Assembly (NCBI RefSeq): GCF_902652985.1
Contig: NC_047027.1
Span: forward strand, 12,090,001 to 12,154,000
Source of the DNA: Pecten maximus
Lineage: Eukaryota
Direction: 5' to 3'
Length of the DNA: 64,000 nucleotides
Shown: positions 13,381 through 23,900 of the stretch, piece by piece
How positions within the stretch are numbered: the first letter of the stretch is position 1
How the letters are laid out: the number at the start of each line of letters is the position of its first letter
The notes under the pieces: model-generated
Seen by the model: the letters and a program-made list of their open reading frames with translations, nothing else
Database searches by the model: none
Told to the model about the DNA's origin: nothing
Made by a program: the position numbers and the translations under genes

Positions 13381-14398
13381 GGGGCATCTAAACAGCAAAT
13401 CCAGCCAAAACAGTTGATATTTTACAAGGCTATACATCCATACTAGGGTGTTATTTAATAGAAATAACTTGATAACATTTTGATATGTATCATGTCAAAC
13501 TGTGGGCCTTTCTGTTGACATTCAATTTGTTCAGTAGTTCGTAAATTTCAACAAAATATGAGAAAAATGCATGTTTCAGGGGGAAATAATTAACTCATTT
13601 GTATCTCATTTATTGTGCAAAACAGTCATGTCGTTTTGCTCACAAGGGTCTAAAGCACAAAATAGGAGCATTGGTTTGACTAGATTGGACTTTATGATAT
13701 GTATTAACACTGATTTTATTTAGACCTTGAAATGCAAATGGCGGTTGTGAATAAGATCAGACAATTATGGCATATAAGAAGGTATTTCAAACGTCAAAAA
13801 TGCTCATATTATCCACTATAGAGAACTCTAGACATGGCAGGAAGACTGTTTTTAGGAAAAAATGTTCATCCGTTGAGTTTGGGGTAAAAGATATATATTT
13901 CTGAAAAAGGCCCAAAACTCACCAGTTTGACAATTTGTCTTAAAATGGTCATTCTTACTATAATCAGATGTCTTAAATGTATTATATAGGAGCATTTTTA
14001 ATGGCTGAAATACCCCCCTTTATGCCATATTTGTGTAATATCATCCACAGCCGCCATTTGCATTTCAAGGTCAAAACTAAATATGTGTTTATACCTACAT
14101 ACAGTCAAATCTGGTCAAACAAATGCTCCTACCCTGTGCTATAGACACCTGTGAGCATGACATCTGGGCTATTTTTCAGGTTTGGTTATTTTTGTGGCTT
14201 AGAATTATTCCATGGTACAACTTACCACAAAGTAACTCTGTAGAAGAAATTGTTAGCATCTACATCAAATTATTTGTGATTTTAAGACACTACATGTCCC
14301 AACAAACATTTTGGTATATTACATGACTATTTTTGTGCAATTTTAAAGCTATTTATTCGTGTTTGAAATTCAACATTATTCTGCTATATAGATGACCC
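13381..14398. mobile_element. Non-autonomous Kolobok-like DNA transposon with a TTAA target duplication
   Basis: TTAA at 13377-13380 and 14399-14402. TIRs ggggcatctaaacagcaaat versus gggtcatctatatagcagaat (reverse complement of the right end). Internal inverted arms at 13638-13810 and 13985-14157. Confidence 0.8.
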
Positions 14399-14989
14399 TT
14401 AAGCAGTAAAACATTTTGTGTAACATACGATCCCTTCATGTTTTGTACAATCTAAGTTAAAATCGCCTGTGTCCCATGAGAACATAGCACACATATTACA
14501 CTCCGAATTAAAGGCATATATGTCACATTTATAAGCGCGGGAACAGTGTCGACCACACGATATTTCATTTTCATTTTTTCTATTGAGAGTGCCACTCAGG
14601 GGAGATAACTTAGTGAAGTTATTATAAGCCACTTGAAATAGCCATACGTTGGTATCTAAACGATCGCGTATGCCGTCCATGCCAACCGAACACTGTTTAG
14701 GAACAATCTTCTTCAATTTGTCTTCGTCGGTATGCTCACGAAGTACGGAAGATGATGTAAACTGGCCACTAGATGAAAGGTTTGTGTTATTCTGTCTCAT
14801 CTCTTTAGAAGAATATTGTGCCTTTCCCTCTGTGACTAATTTATTCGACTCGTCTTTTCCCCGTCTGCTATTTTGCAGAACATGGTCAGTGGCAGAAAGA
14901 AGGATTGAAGAGGGGAATGAAACTTCTAACGATGAGCTTACAGGACTCAAAACTGCATCATACATGGTCTGCCCATTTATCCGTCGGGA
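14399..14989 (-). CDS. C-terminal part of the last exon: end of the stalk and PAN/Apple-like Cys-rich domain (frameshifted relative to upstream)
   Basis: ORF with SCGRHCSRAYKCDIYAFNSECNMCAMF (CxxxC...C...FN...C PAN pattern). Stop TAA at 14399-14401. Confidence 0.75.
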   Translation of the reverse strand, partial: SRRINGQTMYDAVLSPVSSSLEVSFPSSILLSATDHVLQNSRRGKDESNKLVTEGKAQYSSKEMRQNNTNLSSSGQFTSSSVLREHTDEDKLKKIVPKQCSVGMDGIRDRLDTNVWLFQVAYNNFTKLSPLSGTLNRKNENEISCGRHCSRAYKCDIYAFNSECNMCAMFSWDTGDFNLDCTKHEGIVCYTKCFTA

Positions 14990-17900
14990 TCATCTCTTCA
15001 TTTCCGTTTTCCGACCTGTCAGTATAGTCTATATGTGGACGGTGTTTCACAGACGACGGATAGATCCCGTTCCCTGCTGCAGACGTCACTGGTAATGGTG
15101 ACGTAGCAGCATGTATTGAACTTGGAATAGAGTCATATGATGGTCTTATCTGATGAGAATTTGACACTGAGCCCTCATCCATTAGGACTTTAGTGGTACT
15201 TCCCGTCACCTCATTCAGACTTCTCCTGATATCAGAGTTTTGTGATGGAGTATGCTGCTCCGCTTTTATGTCAACAAACGAATCCTGTGTCGACAATCTG
15301 TCTAATCCACTAGATCCACCCATCGGTCCGCCGTCATACCGCACCGACGTAACGACTTCATATCGCAATGTATTCGGGACAGCCTCGTTCGTATAAAAGT
15401 TGTCAATGTAAGGCCCATCAGAATCCGATCGGAAAGAACTAGTCAATGATGTAGTGTACATGTCATAGCGTAAAAGTCTTTGGCTCTCAGATTCTGTTGC
15501 ACTTGTGGCCACTTCCGGTAAGAATGCTTTGAAACTTTCACTGTTTCTTGCAGAAGCTTCAACCACACTATACAACCGTGCGCGTGCAGACACGTCAGTA
15601 GGCAATGGTGATTCAGCTGAAAGTGGGTCCATTTCTGTATCGGATTCAGTCTTTGAAACTAAGTTGGAGGAGAGGTAGGGAAACATGAAATTATTTATTC
15701 CGCTTTGCATTATGTACGCATCGTTAAACATTTCGAATGTTGTTGTTTTCAAAAATGATTCAGGTCCAAAATTAGCTTTAATCAAGACAGGAGAAGTGTA
15801 CGCATCCTTATCTGAGAACTCCGAGAACAAACCACCCTGCGTAGTCTCTTTTGCAACCAAATACCCTAAAGTATCTATATCGTTGACAGTTGTTTTTTTA
15901 TACTCATGCCTGAAGGTTTGTTGGCTCGGTACGCTTGTTACCTGTGAGTAAGTGTTTGGGGTTTCCTCTGACGGCAAGTGTTGTTCGTGGCTGCCTGCTG
16001 TATATTTTGACTCTGTTTCCTTATTGTAGCTTTGTATAGTTTCTACGGAAAGTACATGTTGAGCATTGCTGTGGTGGGTGTATATTACCGATACAGACTG
16101 GTCGTTGCTGTGGAAAACTGTTGTCGATATTTGTTGATCGTTGCTATGGAGGACTGCTGTCGATAATTGTTGATCGTTGCTATGGAGAACTACTGTCGAT
16201 ATTTGTTGATCGTTGCTATGGAGGACTGTTGTCGAAATTTGTTGATCGTTGCTATGGAGGACTGTTGTCGATATTTGTTGATCGTTGCTATGGAGGACTG
16301 TTGTCGATATTTGTTGATCGTTGCTGTGGAGGACTGTTGTCGATGCGGGTTGATCGTTGCTGTGGAGGACGGCTGTCGATACGGGATGATCGTTACTATG
16401 GAATGTGTATACTGTTGATATGGGTTGATCGTTACTATGGAGGACTGTTGTTGATACGGGTAGATCGTTGCTGTGGTATATGTATGCTGACGATAAGATT
16501 TGTTCATTCCTGTTGAGAGTGCTCTCTGTTTGTTGTATGAATTGGTCTGAATCAGAGGGAATGTGTAGATATTTGTCAGACGGGGCAGGGTATCCGATTC
16601 CTACGTCTTGTTCACTTAGTATACTGCCTGTAATTAAATGTACATAATTATGACAAACGGTGGCATGGATTAAAAAGTCTTATGTAGCTTCAAAGCGAGA
16701 GAACCAGTTAATTTATGACATTGGCATCTGATTAAGTTGTTTTGATATTCAATATGTAAGTCATAATATTTGTACATGGTATCTAGATAAAGAAACAACA
16801 TTCGGGATAAAGGTATGATACCGCAAAACGGTATACTCACATTTTGTTGACACCAATTCTATTTCTGAAAATGTAGACAGTACTGATATTTTGTACATAA
16901 ATTTACAAATAATTTCTGAATCATATAACTGAAAGTACAAATTACTTAATAGCTTGTAACAAGAACTTCTATTGGTTTAAAAATCATGCTAGCCCATTAC
17001 GTACAATATGACGTTACCATTTGTAACGTTACCTTTGACTGGATGATACAACGGAGTTATCATGTTTCAGAAAGAAGAATCCATTGAAAAGGGGTATTTT
17101 ATGGGGATTGTATATAGTATATCAAACGAAAAAATATATAAAATTAATCATTAAATATTAAACGATATTAGATATATATTCAGGTTAATCCTTAAATCCA
17201 TAAAGAATTAAATAAATTCAAGTTAATCATTTAATCTATTAAAGAGATATCAAATAATGTTAAATAACTCTGTGATGAAATATTGGGCTTCATTTCTATC
17301 GCTCCCTAAACACATTCTCATTGAGAAGGATTAACAACAAGTTTATACCACGTGACTTTATTTACCGTCGCAGAGATCTACACTGCAGTCTTCCCATTCA
17401 ATTTCTGGATCCAGGGTGAAGCACCAGGGGGTTCCCCTCAATCGATCCGGGTCTCTGCAGTAAGAACCCGTCATATTTTCCCCCGGAAATGACGTAGCTT
17501 TAAGTTCATGCATGTGGGGGAATTGACTCTCCCAAGCCTGACATTGTCTTCCGGAACTGGTACATGACCTATGACCCTTGTATTCATGAGATCGGCCAGC
17601 TTCATAGCATTCGTTTTCTAAAAATAATAAGTATAAAAAGAATTTGATCAACTTTATTACGGCTTCATTGATGAAATCAAGCATACACATCCTCGCGCAC
17701 ATTTATGGAAATCGTATATTGGATGGATGTATTTCAGAATCAAATTAGCATCACACAATGCGTATTTGTTTACAACTGTGTACAATCTTATTTCGTTTTT
17801 AATGTATCAGTGTCAAAAACAAACATAATATCGGATAATAACAGAATCCATGTCATTATCATCTGTTAACTATTGCACGTTAATGGAAATGAAATAACTA

Positions 17901-20900
17901 AATATAATATCATTAACTAAAACATTTTTGCTATGAATTTTCACTGTTATTTTTTCAAATGTTTTCAGTTTTTTTCGCTTTCTTTCTGTCTTTGTTTTAG
18001 TTTTTTGTGGTGGCTTCTTTGGTATCGACTCTTTGGTTGGTCCTTAGCATAATTGACGACTCCTAGAAGGACAATACAGATGTATGGTGCAGTTTTAGCT
18101 CTATGTAACTCTTTTAAATACAGTATATGCTTCTTTGATTGGACTTATCGAAGCCTTTTTATACAATAATATATTGCTACTCTATATGGTATTTAGCTCA
18201 ATCTTAATGTATACGAGTTTCCTATTCTCGCGGTACCTGAAATAAGGCTGTGGAATGCAACATTTTTTGTTGACGCCATTAATAGACAAGTAGTTTCGCT
18301 ACGTCCAATGGTTATTATTATTGTTATTAATATTGATTACATTGTCCATCACCTTTATAATATGCTTAAAACAAAAACGACATGTACCGCGAGAATATAG
18401 TTCTATAATACGTATATGTAGGTATTTGTTATTTGGTGACTAAGGAAACTGACCACCACATGATATAGAGGCCGCTGACCACCTTCCGTTTGTCTGGCAC
18501 ACTTGCACGGGGCAATAGCCGGTCGATGATTGTAAATTGGCCTGTATGTAGCTACACCGGAAGTGTATACTCGATCCGACATCCATGCTATAAATCGGAA
18601 GTGATTTAATCCCAGTGCAGTCATGATCAACCTTCACTGTCATATCCGGTAGATTACACGATTCTACATACTCTATAACACAGACAAAAATAAATATCAG
18701 CTTGAAAACATTACAATGTCTAAAGGTATACCCCAAAGGATTCTACAATTCACAGGCATACGAGTTTAGGTTTATCTATAGTATATACTTATGCCAAACT
18801 GGAGTCGTACCAACCTAGACTTATATAACACAGTAACTTAAACAATAGAAACGTAGGGTTTTAGGCATATAAGTACTTAACCATGGCATGTAGATAGCAG
18901 GGTTGAAACATTAAAAAAAAAAAAAAAAAAAAAAGTTTGATGACTACTGAATGTTTGTCAAGGGTAAAATAAACTAGTCAGCTTGGTATAGGTATGGTTG
19001 GAAATACCGCATTGGTGTCTAAGCTGTCGATTATCGATATACACCACTTTGTATTAGTACTCACGAACTTGTAAACATCAACAACGAATATAAGAAGTCG
19101 TGAGTGCAATCTGATAACAAAGTTCTCATTGTTGTACATTGACACAATGATACAGTATACCTAAGTAGGCATACTTATGTATAAGTGTACAGGAGGATCA
19201 GGCACGGGGCAGCTACCGGAATCTTCAAGAGGCCTCACAGGATCACCGAGAGTATATTGACATAATTGGCCCCTGGAAACCCTGACAGTTGAGATAAGGC
19301 ACTGGCACTTCTTTTTTAATTCATTTACAATTCATAGGAAGAAGGAGAAGGGAAAGACAAACATGCAACATAAGAAGATAGAGAAAGGAAGACAAACATG
19401 CAAAGACAAAGAAATGGACGGACCGATGAATAAAACAATAAACATGTAAAAAATTTAGAAAATTTAGTTACTTATAACATTCTTAACGCTCAATCAACAC
19501 TATCACGGTCATTGCGGCCAAAATGGTGATTAAAATGTGTTTGAAACGGAAAATAACTATCAACAAACGTTATACAGTGTAACTTCGTTAACTCGAAGTC
19601 GACGGGGCCCCACGAAAAAACTTCGAGTTATCCGAGTGTTCGAATTAAGCGAGTTATCATTTTTGGTGAAAATTTCGGTCAATATTTGTCAAGATTATAT
19701 AATCATTATAACTCCGCTCTCAGTCATGATAAAGTTTCTTTCACTTAGTCACTTCAATAACGATCTGATGTGCAAGTCATGTTTGCACAAGGAATAACGA
19801 TATAACGGAATTCGACAGAATAACAATTTATTCTTGTCAAATCAAATAACCGTCTAAGTTTGTATGTTATATCAGGTAGGAGACATAAAAACGCAATGTC
19901 GCGAACGAATCATGAAACACACGGGTCTACTAGCTTTTAATCTAACATCAATGATAATATATTAGATAGCTAGGATAACGACACTTTCTGAGCGTGCAAT
20001 TTGCCCGTGGTTCATGTGCAATTAAAACATACGTTATATAGATGGAAACGTAACCTGCAAAACAACATCTATACAGACAACGAATCAAAATCGATACATA
20101 CAAGATAGGCATTGATTGGTTTGATTTACTAGTGTTTTACGTCCTTTCGAAAAACTATTGTCATTTAAGGACGGCCTCCGTTGTATGCGATATGCATGCG
20201 TGTGGTGACTGTGTTTTGCGGTATGTTCGTGTTTATCTCAATGTGTAATGGCGGAACTGATATCGACTTTGTAGTGCTACATCACTGAAGTATCAAATGA
20301 GGGCGAAATGAAGATAAAAGTAAGATCAGGGAAAACATAAGGACAAGAGTTAAACGAAAATAAAACTTAAACAATGACAAAATAAGGACAAAACTTAGAT
20401 CAGAGATTCATATGGACGAGAGTTAAACGAAAATAAAACTTAAACAATGACAAAATAAGGACAAAACTTGATCAGAGATTCATATGGACGAGAGTTAAAC
20501 GAGAACAAAACTTAAACAATAACAAAATAAGGACAAAACTTAGATCAGAGATTCATATGGACGAGAGAGTTAAACGAAAATAAAACTTAAACAATGACAA
20601 AATAAGGACAAAACTTTGATCAGATTCATATGGACGAGAGAGTTAAACGAAAATAAAACTTAAACAATGACAAAATAAGGACAAAACTTAGATCAGATTC
20701 ATATGGACGAGAGTTAAACGAGAACAAAACTTAAACAATAACAAAATAAGGACAAAACTTAGATCAGAGATTCATATGGACAAGAGTTAAACGAGAACAA
20801 AACTAAAATCGGGGCAAATTAATAAAACAAACTTTAAAAATTTCCCTCCTTACAAAAAGAACAAAGAAACAAGACCATATAAGTAATAGTCTTTTTGTAT

Positions 20901-23900
20901 ATTTAACTCAAACAAATTCGATTACTCGTATGTAGATGGATATTTAATCTCGTGGGTTTTTTTTGTTTTGTTTTTTAAGCTTTAAAACAATTATAACCAA
21001 TATTTAACGAAATAGCTGGTAAAATCTTTATATCATTATTTCCCAAAATCTTGTAGCTGTTAGTAACAAATACGGACTAAACAGTTCATACGGCTATCGC
21101 ACTTTACGTCTGTACGGACATTAACTCAACGGGAATGGTAGGTACATGTAGGAGATGACCTCAATAGATCACAAAGACTTTCTGGGTCACTATCAAAATA
21201 TTATCAAATATGTTAACGAGATCATTATATAAACTGAAAAATATTCATTTACATTACCATTCTACCTAATAAATGATTGGTTATGTATTTGTTTAACGTT
21301 CTTATATGATGAGATGTGAGTTTTGGATGGTTACGTACGGTAGGTCCGTGTTTGACTCCTTGGGATATCACGGACCTGATGTCAACTATGGAGTGATAAT
21401 TTATTACCGAAGACACCCCAAGGGAGGCAATATCGAGGGAGGCACGGAAAATGAAAGGCTAACGTGTTTACAAAGAAAAGGACAAGATCTCAAATCACGA
21501 ATACGGGGTAGAAGGTACAAGTTCAGTGTCTCATCCCTAACAAATACTCACACACACATACATCACACATGTATATCTCGAATGCTAAGTGAGTCAATTA
21601 CCTCATCCCTAACAAATACTCACACACACATACATCACACATGTATATCTCGAATGCTAAGTGAGTCAATTACCTCATCCCTAACAAATACTCACACACA
21701 CATACACCACACATGTATATCTCGAATGCTAAGTGAGTCAATTACCTCATCCCTAACAAATACTCACACACACACATACATCACACATGTATATCTCGAA
21801 TGCTAAGTGAGTCAATTACCTCATCCCTAACAAATACTCACACACACATACACCACACATGTATATCTCGAAAGCTTAGTGTATCAATTACCACATCCCT
21901 TACCAATACTGACACACACATATACACCACACATACATATCTAGCATACAGGAGAAACCGTCCTAAATGACCTCAACTGTTGACAGGTTGTTAAACAATA
22001 CAAAATAAATCTACCAATATATCAGTGTGTTTGCGTTTGTTTGTTTTCTGTCTATTGTTCTTACTTCCTTTATTATAGATCCAGTTTCCGGGAGAAAGAT
22101 TTTAAAAATTTTGTCGTGTGTTGTTTTTCTGTCAACCCGGTGCGCTAAGTACAAATGTAGGCTTATATAGTGATATTTAAAACGTCGTGTCTAAGTCATT
22201 TACGTATGACTATACAATCCAAAGTCCTCTGGTCTAAGTGAAGTGACCCTGGTTACCTCCAACTGATTCACGATATGTGTCAAGGATTGGATTTATTTTT
22301 TTTTCAAATAGAAACTGCATGTTAATCTAGTAACAGATGATATATGAACATCATAAACAGCAGGATAAGTACTGATAATATGACTCATTCAAGTACTGGC
22401 TATAAGTATCTCGACTCCAAATGTTTTTTTCTCTTTTTTCTTCTTCTTCTTTTTCTTGTCGGTAGAGAAATTAACAGTTATGACAAAATATTTTTGAGAC
22501 AAAGTATGTACTTATTCACCATATGCTTACTGTGCTTTGACTTTTACATGTAATAAAACCGTTTAAGAAAGTGTCTTTTTTTACACATCTGTAATATAAC
22601 CGGTAGTGATTGGTTAATTCCGTGTGAAATGTATTCCTGCGCGTGGCCACGTGTGAACGTAAACATTTTGTCTAAAAGGCGAATTACCAAAACAAACCCC
22701 CGAATTACAGGTTGTCGACATTAGCAGCCGTTAAACGACACCAATGTTCACATTTCTTCAACACGCCTGTCGTCACCTGTGTTCTATCAAATTCATTTTT
22801 TATTTCTACGCGCAAAAATCGACTGTTTCTTTCATATATTTCATATAAACGAAAATAAGTAAGGAAAATGAAGAGAATGAAAATGCAGAAGTTGATACAA
22901 AAATATTAAAAGAAGTTTGATATTTTTTCTGGTACTATTTGACTATTTGATTTTAGTGACGAGGTCCAATATGACCCTGGTCAGTTCATAGGTCAACTGG
23001 TTGAATGCTCTTAATGGAGAGCAACGGAAGTAAATATGAGCCATATGACAAATAGAATATGTCAGGAGTTTCCCGTCAGATAAGATTGATGATACTCGTT
23101 TTGAACTCGCGAAAAGGCTTGTAAAATTGCAAAATTCAAAACTTGTATCATTACTACTTTAGTATTATAAAACAAGATTATGTGCCAAAGGATGGAAGGC
23201 ACAACGAAAACATAGTCTCTACCCACATTAATCCGTTCTCCTATCAACCATGTTTCAATATACTCCAAAGCAATCATTTACTTTGAAAAAAAAGTAACCT
23301 TAAAATGACAAGAAATGGAATAAAATGGAAAAGGAACCACAGGGTGAGTGTCTTGGAATGTTCCCAAAATAATTTTAATTTCATCAAATGTCTCCTTACT
23401 ATTTTGATATGATAATTTATATTAGCTTGTTATTTATTAATAGGAATGCGATATATAGTGAAAGGATTTACATACCTTCATCACATGCTGTTTCCAGACG
23501 TTTTTCTGCAAACATAGAGAAACAAAATCATGCAATTCATGCTAAGATAAGGACGAATATTGTAAGTCTAAAAATATCGTAGAAATAGAGAAGAAAAAAA
23601 TCAACGCTCATTAACATTTTCGAGGGACATTTTGTTTCGTCATTGTGTTATTTTCAGTGGGTTTTACTTTTGTAATTGCAATAAGAATTTGGAATAAATG
23701 ATATCCCGTTTCATATCTCTTTGATACCGTCACAAATAGGGACATCACAGAACTCCCACGGGACCGGAACTGACGTGGCTTTTATATGACACCAAGGAGC
23801 ACCCTTCTCTCCTCCCGGGTCCCGGCAGTATCTATGGTCCTGTCCAGAATACCCATGATTCCTCCATATCTCACACGCATGTCCATTGACTGTACACTTC

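Noticed and set aside
14649-15951. Plus-strand ORFs overlapping the stalk exon, and antisense ORFs over the GPCR, TOM70 and Kv exons
   Set aside because: Antisense shadows of real coding exons with no independent homology signal
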